DNA of 64,000 nt from Chiloscyllium plagiosum (GCF_004010195.1 NC_057720.1:11212999-11276998), one strand, 5' to 3'. Numbered from the stretch's first letter, positions 36,277 through 49,667 are shown. The notes: generated by a model not told the origin, from the sequence alone. Made by a program: numbers and translations.

Positions 36277-36934
36277 GATGATGCTACCAAAGATCAATTG
36301 GTGCGATGTGTTTGCAACACGATTCCATGCGAGACTCAGCCAGGACCTCGAGGGGTTTCCCAACAGCTTTTTAACTCGTTCGATCCCTTATGAAGGGCAA
36401 CACTGTGGAATATTTGTTTGGAGAAGGTCTTCAATGTCCCTGCATTCTGGGGATACCCTGCAGTATACACTGTTGACCACATTTAGGAGTTGACGGCCTC
36501 ATGGTTCTATCACTAGACTATTAATCCAGAGATCCAGGTAATGTTCTCAGGAGCTGGGTTCGAATCCCACCATAGCAGATTTGAATTCAATAAAATAATC
36601 TGGAATTAAAAATCAAATGATGACCATGAATCCATTGCCAATTGTCAGGAAAAGCCCATCTGCTTCACTAATGACTGCCATTCTTATCTGGTCTAGCCTG
36701 CATGTGACTCTAGACGAGCATGGTGGCTCAGTGGGTTGGCACTACTGCCTCACAGCACCAGGTTCAAATCCAGTCTTGGGCAACTGTCTGTGTGGAGTTT
36801 GCACATTCTCCCTGTGTGTGCGTGGTGTGCTCAGGGTTCTTCCCACAGTCCAAAGATGTGCACGTCAGGTGAATTGGCCATGCTAAATTGCCCATAGTGT
36901 TGAGGGATGTGTAGGTTAGGTGCATTAGTCAGGG

Positions 36935-37521
36935 AGAAAGTGAGGTCTGCAGATGCTGGAGATCAAAGTTGAAACTTTATTGCTGGAACAGCACAGCAGG
37001 TCAGGCAGCATCCAGGGAACAGGAGATTCGACATTTCGGGCACAGGCCCTTCTTCAGGAATGAGCAGAGAGTGTTCAGCAGGAGAAGATAAAAGGTAGGG
37101 AGGAGGGACTTGGAGGAGGGGCGTTGGAAATGTGATAGGTGGAAAGAGGTCAAGGTGAGGGTGATAGGTCAGAGTAGGATGGAGGCGGAGAGGTCAAGAA
37201 GAAGACTGCAGGTCAGGAAGGCGGTGCCGGGCTGGAGGGATCCGGCTGAGACAAGGTGGGGGGAGGGGGGATGAAGAAACTGGTGAAGTCCAAGTTCATC
37301 CCCTGCGGTTGGAGGGTTCCCAGTCGGAAGATAAGACGCTCCTCCTCCGACCGTCGGGTTGTTGTGGTTTGGCGGTGGATGAGTCCAATGACCTGCATAT
37401 CCTCGGTGGAATGGGAGGGGGAGTTGAAATGCTGTGCTACAGGTTGGTTGGGTTGGTTCGTCCGGGTGGCCCAGAGGTGCTCTCTGAATCGCTCCGCAAG
37501 TAGGCGGCCTGTCTCCCCAAG
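36935..37521 (-). mobile_element. Penelope-like element 3' fragment (GIY-YIG C-terminus + terminal repeat)
   Basis: GETGRLLAERFREHL...PVAQHFNSPSHSTEDMQV...EEERLIFRLGTLQPQGMNLDF; 13 bp TSD gcattagtcaggg at 36922-36934 and 37522-37534. Confidence 0.94.
37026..37061 (-). ncRNA. Minimal type I hammerhead ribozyme motif
   Basis: AUUC-CUGAAGA-A-GGGC(CUGU)GCCC-GAAAU-GUC-GAAU; 4 bp stem I. Confidence 0.78.
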
Positions 37522-37839
37522 GCATTAGTCAGGGGTAAATATAAGGTAAGGGAATGGGTCTGGCTGGGTTACTCTTCGGAGGGCGAAGGGTCTGTTTCCA
37601 CACTTTAGGGATTCCATGAGCCCAACAGCAGTATGTTTGACTCCTAAATGCCCTCTCGGCAATTGGGGATGCGTAATAAGTATTGACCAGTGACATCCAC
37701 ATCCTGTGAATGACTAAAACTAAGGCCCTTATGTCAGGGTAGTTCCTAAAACCTGAGTTTGCCAGGAGCAGGATGATTGTAAATTCCTAACAGATATAAA
37801 GTGATCAGCAAGATAACTGAATATAGAATCTCAGCTGCA

Positions 37840-38270
37840 CAAACTTGGAGTATTGTGTACAGTCTGCTCTTAAAAAGGATTCTAAAACATTAGAGTCAGT
37901 GCTGAAAAATATTGGAAGAACTCAGTCAACAATCAGGAAAGTATTAAGAGTCTGGATCAGTTGTGGCTAGAATGAAGAAGACAAAGCGTCAACCTAACAG
38001 AGTTTTGTTTCAAGTTTGATGAAGTAAATATAGAAATAATTCCAGTTGTGGACCAGGCCTGAGCTGGGGACTATAATGTAATGTAATCAATATTAAAATC
38101 AATATTGAATCTTTGAAAAAAAAAGCCTTTACTTAGAGCCTGCTTAGAATGTAGAACTTGCTTACCACACACGGAGTAGTTGATGCAAATTGTACAACTG
38201 CATTTCAGGGGAACCCAGCTACGTATATCTCTCAAATGGAAAGGTGCAGTGGCGGTCCAATATAACACAG
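37840..38270 (+). mobile_element. Highly degraded CR1 3' region
   Basis: cttggagtattgtgtacagt (LEYCVQ) and tagaatgtagaacttgcttacc motifs. Confidence 0.6.
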
Positions 38271-38929
38271 ATCAATATTCCAGAATAAAAACACAAAGTA
38301 TTGGACCGTCATATTGGACATTAACTCTGTTTCTCTCTTCAGAGATGCTGCTGTGTTTCTCCAGCACTTTCTGTTTTTATTTCAGATTTATAGCATCTGT
38401 TGTATTTTGCTTTTGTTTCAATAGACCACAAATTCACCCAAAGTGGGATCTCATGACTCCTCAGTGATGTCAATTGGACTGGCCCCAATTCCCCACACAG
38501 CTCAGACTACCCCCAACACCATCCCCCTACATGTCTCACTTCATTTGCTTTTTTTGTTTCTCGCATGGAATCATCTGTCAATTGTAATAGCGTCGCAGTT
38601 TTCAGAACTTGACAATCGTGTTGCAATCATTTTGTGTCACTAGGGTAAGATAAAGTTATGACTATGGGAGTAAATTTGCATGAAGCATAAACACCAGCAC
38701 CTTGTAGATTCTATGTGAGTCTGTGCCCTTATAACTCTGGGATTTCATAGACTTTGTGTGAAGACTTGAGGTGCATTTCCCGGTCTGCGGAACAATTCTT
38801 ACCCTGATTTGGGGGCAAGTCAGGAACTGCAGGAAGTTGCTAATTCCAGGGAGCCCAGATTCCATGAAGTGATCTTTGTCTGCCTCACTATCCACACTCC
38901 TGTTACTGATGGTTAGATATTTCTAGCCT

Positions 38930-41395
38930 TTGTGACTTATAAAGAAAAAGAAGGAAGCATACATTGGGTACAGAGAAGTAATAAGAGGGGACACCCTTCA
39001 AAAGTATAGAGAGTGTAGGAGGTTGCTTAAAAGGACATTTAGGAGGGCAAAGAGGGACCACAAAATATCTCTGGCCAATGGAACTAATGAAAATCCCAAG
39101 GATCTATTTGAGACTAAAGGGGTAACTTGTACCTGGAACCAGGTGAGGTGTGAAATGAATATTTCCCATCTGTATTCGCAAAGGAGAAAGATGTTGTAGC
39201 CAAGGATTTCAGTTGAGATGGTGACATTTTAGTACATGTTACCACCTCGACCATAAGACACAGGAACACAGATAGGCCTTATGGGCCACTAAACCTGCAC
39301 TGCCATTCGAAGAGATTACGGCTGATCTAATAATCCTCCACTCCACTTTCCTGCTTTTTCCCAAACTCTTGGTTTCATTACTGATTGAAAATCTGTCTCT
39401 CTCAACCTCAAATATACTTAGTGATCCCGCCTCTTCGACCCTCTGTGATAAAGAAATTCCACAGGGTTCACTCCCCTGTGAGAGACGAAATCCTTCTTTA
39501 TCACTGTCTTTAGATCAACATTCGTGATACAGTGGACAGTGAAGATGTTTATGTAAGATTACAAAGAAATCTTGATCAATTGGGTCAATGGGCTGAGGAG
39601 AGGCAGATGGAGTTTAATTTGGATAAATGTGAGGTATTGCATTTTGGTAAAGCAAACAAGGACAGAGCTTATTCAATTAACGGTAGGGCCTTGGGTAGTG
39701 TTTAAGAACAGAGACCTTGGGGTTCAGGTACATAATTCTTTGAAATTTGTATCACAGGTAGACATGGTAGTTAAGAAGACATTCAGCATGCTTGCCTTCA
39801 TTGCTCAGACCTTTGAGTAGAGGAGATACGACATCAGTATAAGACGTTAGTGAGGCCTCTTTTGGAGAACTGTGTGCAGTTCTGGTTGCTGTAGGAAGGA
39901 TATTATTAAATTGGAGGGGGGTTCAGAAAAGATTTACCAGGATCTTGTCAGGAATACGGATTGAGTTATAAATATAGGCTGGACAGGCTGTTTTTAACTT
40001 AGCTCTGGAGCTTGAGGGGTGATGTTATAGAGGTTTATAAAACCATGAGAGATGGAGATAAGATGAATAGAAAGGGTCTTTTCCTATGGTGGGGGAGTTC
40101 AAAACTAAGGGGCATTTTTTTAAGGTGCGAGAAGAAATGTTTAAAAAGACATAAGGGGCAATTTTCTTACACAGAGAGTGGTTTGTGTGTGGAATGAACT
40201 TCCAGAGGAAGTGGTGCATGTGGATAGATTAGATTCTCTACAGTGTGGAAACAGGCCCTTCGGCCCAACAAGTCCACAATGACCCTGCGAAGAGTAACCC
40301 ACCCAGACCCATTTACCTCTGACTAATGCACCTAACTCTATGGGCAATTTAGCACGACCAATTCACCTGATCTACACGTCTTTGGACTGTGGGAGGAAAC
40401 CAGAGCACCCGGAGGAAACCCACGCAGACAGTTGCCCGAGGCTGGAATCAAACCTGGGACTCTGGTGCTGTGAGGCAGCAGTGCTAACCACTGAGCCACC
40501 ATGCCACCCACAGTTAAAACATTTAAAAAGATATTTGGATAAATACATGAATGAGAAAGGTTTGAAGGGATATGAGCCAAGCGCAGACAAGTGGGAACTA
40601 GTTTAGTTTGGGATTATGGTGAGTTGGACTGAAGGGTCTGTTTCTGTGCTATATTGCTGTATGACTCGAGGATTAATAACCTGGCACACAGGTGTATAAA
40701 TCCCCAGGGCCTGATGCAATATAACTAGGCAGCTATGGAAAGCAAGGGAGATGCAGGGGCTCTGGCAGTGATATTTAATACTTCGCTAGCCACAGGTGAA
40801 GTGCCAGATGACTGGAGGTAGCTAATGAGGTTCCTTTGTTCAAGAAGGGCAGCAGGACTAGGTCAAGTATCTACAGATTAGTGAGTCTGACGTCAGTGGT
40901 AGGGAAATTATTGGAAATAATTCTGAAGGACAGAATTAATGAACACTTGGAAAGAAAGGGATTGATTAGTGATAGTCAGTAGGGATTCCTGAGAAGGAAA
41001 TACTGTCTGACTAATTTAATTGAGCTTTTGAAAAGGTGACTCAATATATTGATGAGGGTAGAGTAGTTGATATAGGTTACATGGGCTTTAACAAGGCCTT
41101 TGACTAGATCCCACATGGAAGGCTGGTCGAAGCAATCAGGCCGTAAGGGAGTGAAAGCAAGTTGGCAAACTGGATCCAAAATTGGCTGACAAACAGGAGG
41201 CAAAGGATGGTGGGGAAAGGTTGTTTTTTTGATTGGAAGCCTGTGACTAATGGTGTGTCACAGGGATCGGTGCTGAGAACCTTTCTGTTTGTTGTGTACA
41301 TTATTGATCTGGATGTGAATGTAGACAGTATAATTAGTAAGTTTGCAGGTGACATGAAAACTGGCAGTTTTGTTGATGGTGAGGAGGATGGGTGA
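38930..41395 (+). mobile_element. CR1 cluster: ORF2 linker/RT pieces (38930-39240, 40690-41392) with inserted CR1 3' ends (39250-39510 -, 39520-40670 +)
   Basis: WIQNWLTNRRQR, GVSQGSVL, KFAGD; CR1 tails at 39250 and 40630-40670. Confidence 0.85.
40226..40509 (-). mobile_element. HE1-type V-SINE inside CR1 3' end
   Basis: Head, V-domain, (tctaa)n tail in reverse complement. Confidence 0.92.
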
Positions 41396-41537
41396 TGCAT
41401 TGTGGGAGGTCTAATAAGTGAAAATATACACAATAAATGGTAATCCCCGAGGGATTTTCCAACTTTGAATAATATTTTATTTTTCTATTCTTCCTCCTGT
41501 GGTGAATAATCAGATATTTCCTGAAATCTACTCTGTC

Positions 41538-41902
41538 TAGGAAATAACTGCATAGAGCCTGCTCTCCCATTACCAAGTCACCCTTTATTTACATAGGCAC
41601 TGTGCACGGGCTGTGACCAGCCAGCTCAGAGCCAGTCCCTAAACTGAGAAGACCTCCTGAATCTCCGGTTTATTTTTTTTATTTTTTTTTAATTACCCCC
41701 ACAGTACTGCCTAACTGTGGTAGTGCTTATTTATTCCCCTGCACCCATGTTGTGTGTGTGCAGGCGTGTGACACAGTGAAAGAAACAAGGTAATTTCCTG
41801 TTTATATCTGTCAGCCAGGGCTCCCTGATTGGACTGAGTTAACAACCCAATCAAGGATCTCATAGTCAATGAGATCTACCTGGCCCTGGTTCCAGTCACT
41901 AC
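41538..41902 (-). mobile_element. Short solo LTR with nested poly(A) element (41670-41790)
   Basis: Homologous to 52769-53004 (cccattaccaagtcaccctttatttaca ... tcactaca). Confidence 0.7.
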
Positions 41903-42315
41903 AGTCTACCTCCATATGATCTATTTACTTCATTCTGTCGTGCTCCTTTTGCAGTCTCTCTGCATTCTCCTTACAACTTATGCCAATTGCAAGCCCAGAT
42001 GCATTACTCTTTGTCACTTGGTGCAAATCATTAATATAGAATGTAGCTCGATCAAAACCCAGTTCTGATACTTGCAGCACTCTCAGCCTGCTAACACAAC
42101 AATGTGCCATTTATCCCTACTCTCTCCTTCTTGTGCGTTAACCAATGCTCTATTCAGGCTAATGCATCACCCTTACCTTCTCACCGTTATCTTGTGTATT
42201 TAATCTTTTGTGAGGGATCTTATCGAATGGCTTTTGGAAATTGAAGTCTGCAACATCTTCTAGTTTCCCTTTTATCCATTCTCTTGTGACAACCTCAAAA
42301 TCCTTGAATGAATAG
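41903..42315 (-). mobile_element. Degraded CR1 RT fragment
   Basis: Minus strand FQKPFDKIPH and YINDL motifs. Confidence 0.65.
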
Positions 42316-42319
42316 GTGA

Positions 42320-43745
42320 AATTGAAGAGCAAAGTGACCTAGGGGTTCAGGTACATAATCCTTTGAAATTTGCATCACAGGGACACAGGCAGTTAAAGGA
42401 GGCATTTAACACGCTTGCCTTCATTGCTCAGACTTTTGAGTATGATAGTTGGGACATCATGGTGACATTATACAAGATGTTGGTGAGGCCCCTTTTTGAA
42501 GAACTGTGTGCAGTTCAGGTCGCCCTGTTATAGGAAGAATATTATTAAATTGGAGAGGGTTCAGAAAGGATTTACCAAGGTGATGCCAGGAATGGAGGGT
42601 GTGAGTTATAAAAATAGGCTGGGATTTTTTTTTCACTAGAGATTGAGGGAGGGTCATAGAGAACTATAGAAGGTTTATAAAATCATATAAAAGCTGAGAG
42701 CAGTTTATAAAATCATGAGGTGAATAGTAAGGGTAGGGAGAGTTCAAAACTAAGGGGCATATCTTAAGGTGAGAGGAGAAAGATTTAAAAAGGACTTGAG
42801 GAGCAACTTCTTTTTTACAATGTATGGGATGTACAACCAGAGGAAGTGATGGATGCAGGTACGGTCACAACATTTAAAAGACATTTGGATAAGTAATAAA
42901 TAGGAAAGATTTGAAGGGATATGGGTCACATTCAGGCAGGTGGGGCTGGTTTAGTTTGGGAACATGGTCAGCATGGATTAGTTACTCAAAGGGTCTGTTT
43001 CCATGCTATATGGATCTATGATACTATGTGTGCTGAGGAACAAAGGGACGTTGGAATACAAGTCCATAGATCCCTGAAGGTATTAGCAGAGGTAGATAGG
43101 GTGGCGATGAAGGCATACAGGATGCTTGCCTTCATTAACCAGGGCACAGAATATAGGAGCAAGGAAGTCTTGTTACAACTTCACAAAATGTTGGTTAGAT
43201 CACAGATGCAATGCTGTGTGTAGTTTTGGTCACCTCACATCAGGAGGACATGATTGCACTGGAGTGGGTGCAGAAGAGATTCACCAGGGCATTGCCTGGG
43301 ATGGGAAGTCTCATTTAGGAGGAGAGACTGAATAGGTTGGATTTGTTTTCCCTGGAGCTGAGGAGACTGAGGGGACGATCTGATTGAGGTACACAAAATT
43401 ATGAAAGGCATAGACAGAGTGTATCGCGAGGATCTCTTCCCTTTGGCAGACATGCCTAAGAACAGAGAGCATCAATTCAAGGTGAGGAGTGAATGGTTTA
43501 GAGGAGATCGGAGGAAATATTTTTTCACCTAGAGGGAAGTAGAAATATGGAACATGCTGCTTGACAAGGTAGTGGAGGCAGGTATTCTTGTGGTATTTAA
43601 GAAACATCTGGGTGAGCACTTAAAATGCCAGGATCGTAGACCATGGACCAAGTTCAGGTAACTGGGATTAGTGTAGTTTGGTATTTGTTAGTTAGCATAG
43701 ACATGGTGGGCAAAGGGCCTGTTTCTATGCTGTCTGACTCTACGA
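42320..43745 (+). mobile_element. Two tandem CR1 3' fragments (42320-43027, 43030-43745)
   Basis: DLGVQVH / KAYRMLAFINQG motifs, each ending in a CR1 tail. Confidence 0.88.
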
Positions 43746-44234
43746 GGATAACTAGCCAAAAACGTGGTTGAAGAATAGGTTTTTCAAAGACACACGTTTG
43801 AACAGAGCTGGAACAACTTGCCGTTGCTGGGGGAAGAGTCTGGCAGTGGGACTACAGGCCAATGCTACGGGCAAACTGTCGAAAAGGGACCACAGTGCAT
43901 TGCGAGGATGAGGGGTCGCAGGTCGCTGTGAGGAAACAGTCTCCAAGAGCAGATTCCAAGATGGCGTCAGCGGGGCATGATGGAGGAAGTTGATTTCGGC
44001 AGTGTTGGCGATAGGAGTCCACTGATGGCAGCAGTAGTCGGCTGGACAACAGGAACGGTGTTGGTGGACTCAGTGCAGGATGCATGGCAGTGGCAGCAGT
44101 GAGACAGCAGTTAGCTTCACGCCCATGACAAGTTGAAGGAGCCCATAGTGGGCCAGCGGAGGCAGTGGAGGCATGGACTGTAATGAGCCATAACAAGAAG
44201 GAAATGTGAAGGTGAACTCTTTTGCTTTTGCTTA

Positions 44235-44868
44235 GGGGGAGGCATTGGCCGAGTGGTATTATTGCTGGACCATCAATCCAGAGACCCAGATAAAGTTCTG
44301 GGGATCTGAGTTTGAATGGGCAGCACGGTGGCACAGTGGTCAGCACTGCTGCCTCACAGCGCCAGAGACCCGGGTTCAATTCCCGCCTCAGGCGACTCTC
44401 TGTGCAGAGATTGCACATTGCGCGGGTTTCCTCCGGGTGCTCCGGTTTCCTCCCACCATCCAAAGATGTTCAGGTTAGGTGAATTGGCCATGCTAAATTG
44501 CCCGTAGAGTAAGGTGAAGGGGTAAATGTAGGGGAATGGGTCTGGGTGGATTGCGTGTCAGTGTGGACTTGTTGGGCCGAAAGGCCTGTTTCCACACTGT
44601 AAGTAGTCTAATCTAAACTGAATCCTGTCACAGCAGATAGTGGAATTAAAATTTGATGATTTCCTCGAATGATGTATCCATTGTCAGAAAAACCCATCTG
44701 GTTCACTAATGTCTTTTAGGGAAGGAAGCTCCCATCCTTACCCAGTCCAGCCTACATGGGACTCCAGACTCACAGCAGTGTGGTTGATGCTTAACTGCCC
44801 TTGGGGCAATTAGGGATGGGCAGTAAATGCTGGGCCTGGCCAGCAACGCCCTTATCCTGTGAATGAAC
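44235..44868 (+). mobile_element. tRNA-headed SINE (short variant) with nested HE1
   Basis: A-box tggccgagtgg; body aaaacccatctggttcactaatg; tail ggcaattagggatgggcagtaaatgc...gtgaatgaa. Confidence 0.88.
44318..44618 (+). mobile_element. HE1-type V-SINE
   Basis: Full head, V-domain, tail; TSD tgaat at 44313-44317 and 44619-44623. Confidence 0.94.
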
Positions 44869-45429
44869 CTTATTAAAATCTTTTTGGCTTTATATCCTAT
44901 GTCTTGTTTTATTTTCTGTGTTTCAAGATGGCGTGGTCAGCAGTGACTCTGAACACTTTACGCTGTATTTGTAATACACGTGGCAATGAATAAACCTAAT
45001 CCAAAGGAGGAAAGAGACAGTCAGAAAGTCAGAAACAAAGAAGAATGAGTAGTTCAGCGCTAGGACAGCTGAAAGGAAACACAAGTTGCTTGGTCTGTGT
45101 GAGTGGCACTCAAGAGTGGCCCTTGATAAAATTCTTATCGATTGCCCTGAGGCAGTGCGTGCAAGCTGTCACAAACACACTCAGTAATTGTTTGACGGCA
45201 GATGGCAGGGAGACCTCGTCAAGCATGGCAAGCCAGACAGAGTTCATATCTCTCTGTTCTCCCCAGCGCTACCCTTGGTTCCACATTGTTCCTCATACCA
45301 GCTGCTGTACCAATCTGAGCCCGGGCTAGTTCCAGAGATATGTGGCCTCTCGAGTTTCAAAGGCCGCAACATCCTGACAGGGGGGATCAACTCAACTGCC
45401 TAGCTTGAGCCTTTCTGCAAGCAATTTGT

Positions 45430-45930
45430 TTAACTTGGATAGAACTTTAGTTAGGCTGCACTCTTTGCCCATTTATGGTGTTCACGTTATTGAGAAGCAC
45501 ATTGTGATAAAACAGAAAGTGTAGCGTGGGACCAGAAATATAAGAAAAATTGAACAGACTGGGATTCGTCTTAACTAGTAAAGGGAAAGGCTTAGGGGGT
45601 GACAGAAGGAAGTTACAATAACATTCGACAAGTTATGAATACAAAACAGGATTCCACTTGTGGGAAAACCAAATCCAGTGACCATAAATATGGGATAGTC
45701 ACTAATAAATTCAATCAAGAGTTCAAGAGAGAATTCTCTGCGCAGAGAGTGATTAGAATTTGGAACTTGCTACTGTAAGGCGTAGCTGGAGCAAATGGCA
45801 CTTAAGGAGAAACTACTAAGTACTCGAGGGAGTCAAGAATAGACAGATATGCTGATAGGTTGCGGTGAAACACACTGAGAGGAGGATCACATGGAGTTTA
45901 ATGGACTTTTATACCATAAATTCTGTGTAA
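45430..45930 (+). mobile_element. Highly degraded CR1 3' region
   Basis: tagaactttagttaggctgcac; cagagagtgattagaatttggaacttgcta. Confidence 0.6.
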
Positions 45931-46329
45931 CCAGATTTCCAGACAATCGAACACAACTCCTCTTTCAATTGGTGAGAGTTATTCTAAAACGTTAGTGAGC
46001 TCAGAGAAGCTTTTCTGACATTACATTTACAAATTTTATGATTCCCTGTGTGTTTTGCTTGAATGGGCTCATGCACAATTGGCTGAAATTACTAGAAAAA
46101 TATAATTACACAATTCATAGTAGAAAATTCCAAAAATACATAACATGCTCTGTCACAGAACAAAGAACATTTTTATTGGTATAGTTCCAGACCATGTCTC
46201 TGTAACATCCCAAAAGAGCTTCACAGTCAGTGAAATATTGCTAATATCAACACAAACAATCACCTACAAATGTATGGCTTCTCTTCCCTGACTCTACATC
46301 ACGACTGTAATATAATGGTTATGCTTATG

Positions 46330-46605
46330 TTCCCTCTTCTTACTGGTCAAATTTGAGTCCTGCCTCTAATTTAAAAGTCTCAACCTTCTTTTCAAATCCC
46401 TCCAGAGCTTCACCCTGCCCTACCTCCATAATCTCCTCCAGCCTCACAATCCTCCCGGTTATCTGCACTCCTTCGATTCTGGCATCTTGCACAGCCACGA
46501 TTTCACTCTAGCAACCGAGCAGTCGCCTGTCAAGGGCCTCATCTGAAATAGTCTTCATAAATCTCTCCATTTCCCTGTCCCCTTTGCCGTGCATCATTAA
46601 GACCT
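46330..46605 (+). mobile_element. L2-like LINE ORF2 3' fragment
   Basis: Translates to FKSLQSFTLPYLHNLLQPHNPPGYLHSFDSG, L2-like C-terminus. Confidence 0.65.
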
Positions 46606-49299
46606 AGGATGCAGAGTCTGAAGGGATGTTGGAGGCAGATTGTGTCATAACTTTCAAAAGACAATACTTATGTAAGAGGTATCATGATATGGGCTTGTGA
46701 CTGTCTGGAAACTCTGGGTGCACACAGTGTAAATACTCCAACTAGTGCCTTCAAACCTAGAGAGTACCAGTTAGGAACAGCACAAGTCAGTGAGCATCTG
46801 GGCAGACATGATCTTCAGTCCCTGATTAATAATCACGTAGAAAATTAGTAAATTGATTGTGGATTGATTCTGAAGCCAGCACAATTGACTGCTGAGCTTC
46901 AGTATTTTTGCTTGTTTTTGGAATGGTTTTAAATCGAGACAATTATATTCATGTCACAGTTGAGGAGGACGAAGTACAGATACCTCTAAGGCACCATCCT
47001 CAAAGGGCACGCATACAGACATTCACTCCCTGCCGTCCAGGAGCATTACACTGGCAACCAAATCCACCACTTCCACCACCCCAGCCCCCAAATCTACCAC
47101 ACCCCGCAACCCCTCCCACCCCACAGTCATCTCTCCCTCTCCCACCCTCCTTCCCCATTCCCGACAAATCTGATATTCAGGACGCATCGGAGAAAACAAA
47201 TGGCCCCATGATTCATCAAAACCTTTGACTAGCAAAGGGGGTCACTTGGCTGCCCCACAGAAGGGGTGGAGACTGCCTCAGAGAATCAGGTCCAGTAGCT
47301 CTGTCAACCAGCAATTCCAACCTAGCTCAGAGACCACACCACCACAGGGTCAGAATGAGACCCTGCTCATGTTTGGCATCTTCTTTGTCGCTTGGACAGA
47401 GTAAAGCCTAGACAGCTTCCTGTCCAGGGACAGATTAATATCCTTGACCTGCAGGTAGGACGGTCCTAGACTGGTTCCATGCGTTCCCAAGGAGCTGAGA
47501 GGGCCCAGTTACAACAAGGGCCCATGGCTTTCAATGATTTGAGTCTAAATTGGTTGTGGAACTTCGACCAAGCCCAGTGTGATTAACTGAATGCAGTCAA
47601 GTTGATTATTTCTTTGATTTGCTGTACGTCTTACTTTGTTGTGCAAGGGAATACTCCCACCTTTACTGATAAATCAACCAGGAATACACTTCAAAATAAT
47701 TCATAGGCAGTGCAACACTTCAGAATGTCAATAAGCCAAAAGGTCATGATGCAAAACACAAGGCTACTTTAGGTGGAGGTAATGCTGAATAACATGATAT
47801 AATATGACAGGCTGAGACACTCTCTGATCTACCCTGGATGTCCAAGAGTTCTACAACTCAGCTGTCTTTATTATGTATCTTGCACTCAAACTGACAGTTT
47901 GAGTTAAGCTAAAAGTTCTCTTGTCTGAGAAAGGAAGGAATAATCTGCATTTCCACAGCTTCCTTACAACGGAATGAAACAAGCATCAAATTGTTTTGTT
48001 TCTCAAGCACATTGATAATTAGGATGCAAGGAAGGGATGTGTACACCATGATCTCACCCCCTCTATTAGATGCAGGCCAGACAGTAACTCGTTTCTTTCT
48101 GATAGGGGCCAGGGCAAGGCAGTAACAGGCCCCAAAACTTCTCCTGGTCTGGGCTTCACCACCACCATAACCATTACCAAGCCTGTGGCAGGACTGCAGA
48201 GCCTATATCCAACCTGTTGGCTGTGGAATCACTTCACCCAGTCTATAACTTGCTGAGTACTTTCCTTGGCTTACAAGTAGTCCTTTTTAATAACTTCTAC
48301 AGTTGATATCCCTTTCTCGGGTACGCCTACTGCAGTGCCCTCCTGCACTCTCTATCAAACCAGGGTCGATGCTCTGGCTTGATGGCAATGGTTGAGTGGG
48401 GGATATACAGTGTCGGGCCATGAGGTTGCAGAGTACAATTGTGCTGAAGTACAGTTCTACAGCTGTTTATGGCCCACAGCACCTCAGTCTTGAGTTGCAA
48501 GGCCTGTTTGACATCTGTCCAATTGGCACCGTGATAGTGGAGGTTTTTCTCAATGTGAAGCCAGGACTTTGTCTCCACAAGGATTGTGCGGTGGAAATTC
48601 TTACTGATACTGTCATGGACAGATGCATCTGCAGCTGGCAGATTAGGTCAAGTATGTTTTCCCCTCTTGTTGGTTCTCTTACCTGCTGCTGCAGATCCTT
48701 CTAACAGCTATGTCCTTTAGGACCCAGCCAGCTTGATCTGTAGTACTGCTAGCGAGCCACTTTTGGTGTTGGACATTGAAATCCCCCATCCAGAGTATAC
48801 CTTGTGTCCTTGCCACCCTCAGTTGTTCAACATGGAGGAGTATCGATTCATCAGCTGAGCGACGACAGTACATGGTAGTCACAGGAGGTTTCCATGCCCA
48901 TGTTTATCCTGAAGCCACGAGACTTCATGGGGTCTAGAGTCAATGTTGAGGACACCCAAGGCAACTCATTCCTGACTGTATATCACTGTGCCACCACAGG
49001 GGCAGGACATATACGGGGATGGTGATGGTGGTATCTGGATCACTGTCTGTAGGTATAATTCCGTAACTGTGCCTATGACAGGCTGTTCCTTGACTAGTCT
49101 GTGAGACTGCTCTCCCAAGTTTGGCACGAGCCCCAGATGTTTGTGAGGAGGACTTTGCCGGGTTGACAGGGCTGCTTCTGCCGTTGTCTTTTCTGGTGCT
49201 GAGGTCGATGCTAGGTGGTCAGTCCAATTTCATTTCTTTGTTCCGTGCAACAGTTGGTACAACAGAGTGACTTGCCCAGCTGTTTCAGGGACAGTTTGT

Positions 49300-49617
49300 G
49301 GGCGGCACGGTGGCACGGTGGTTAGCACTGCTGCCTCACAGCACCAGAGACCCAGGTTCAATTCCCGCCTCAGGCGACTGACTGTGTGGAGTTTGCACGT
49401 TCTCCCCGTGTCTGCGTGGGTTTCCTCCGGGTGCTCCAGTTTCCTCCCACCATCCAAAAATGTGCAGGGTCAGGTGAATTGGCCATGCTAAATTGCCCGT
49501 AGTGTTAAGTAAGGGGTAAATTGTAGGGGTATGGGTGGGTTTCGCTTCGGCGGGTCGGTGTGGACTTGTTGGGCCGAAGGGCCTGTTTCCACACTGTAAT
49601 CTAATCTAATCTAATCT
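49300..49617 (+). mobile_element. HE1-type V-SINE, young full-length
   Basis: CpG-rich head, V-domain, (taatc)n tail. Confidence 0.96.
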
Positions 49618-49667
49618 AGTTGAGAGGCAACCACGTGGCGTGTGGGTCTGGAGTCACATATAGAGCA

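Larger units (their letters stand above)
36718..37617 (+). mobile_element. HE1-type V-SINE split by a PLE
   Basis: Head and V-domain 36718-36934; tail 37522-37617. Confidence 0.9.
36486..37718 (+). mobile_element. tRNA-headed SINE hosting nested HE1 and PLE
   Basis: B-box gggttcgaatccc at 36556; body to 36714; tail resumes 37619-37715. Confidence 0.85.

Noticed and set aside
38662..38895. Minus-strand ORF with a GTAAG donor at ~38800
   Set aside because: No convincing acceptor or homology
46908..47228. Proline-rich 106 aa ORF
   Set aside because: Product of a C-rich low-complexity tract
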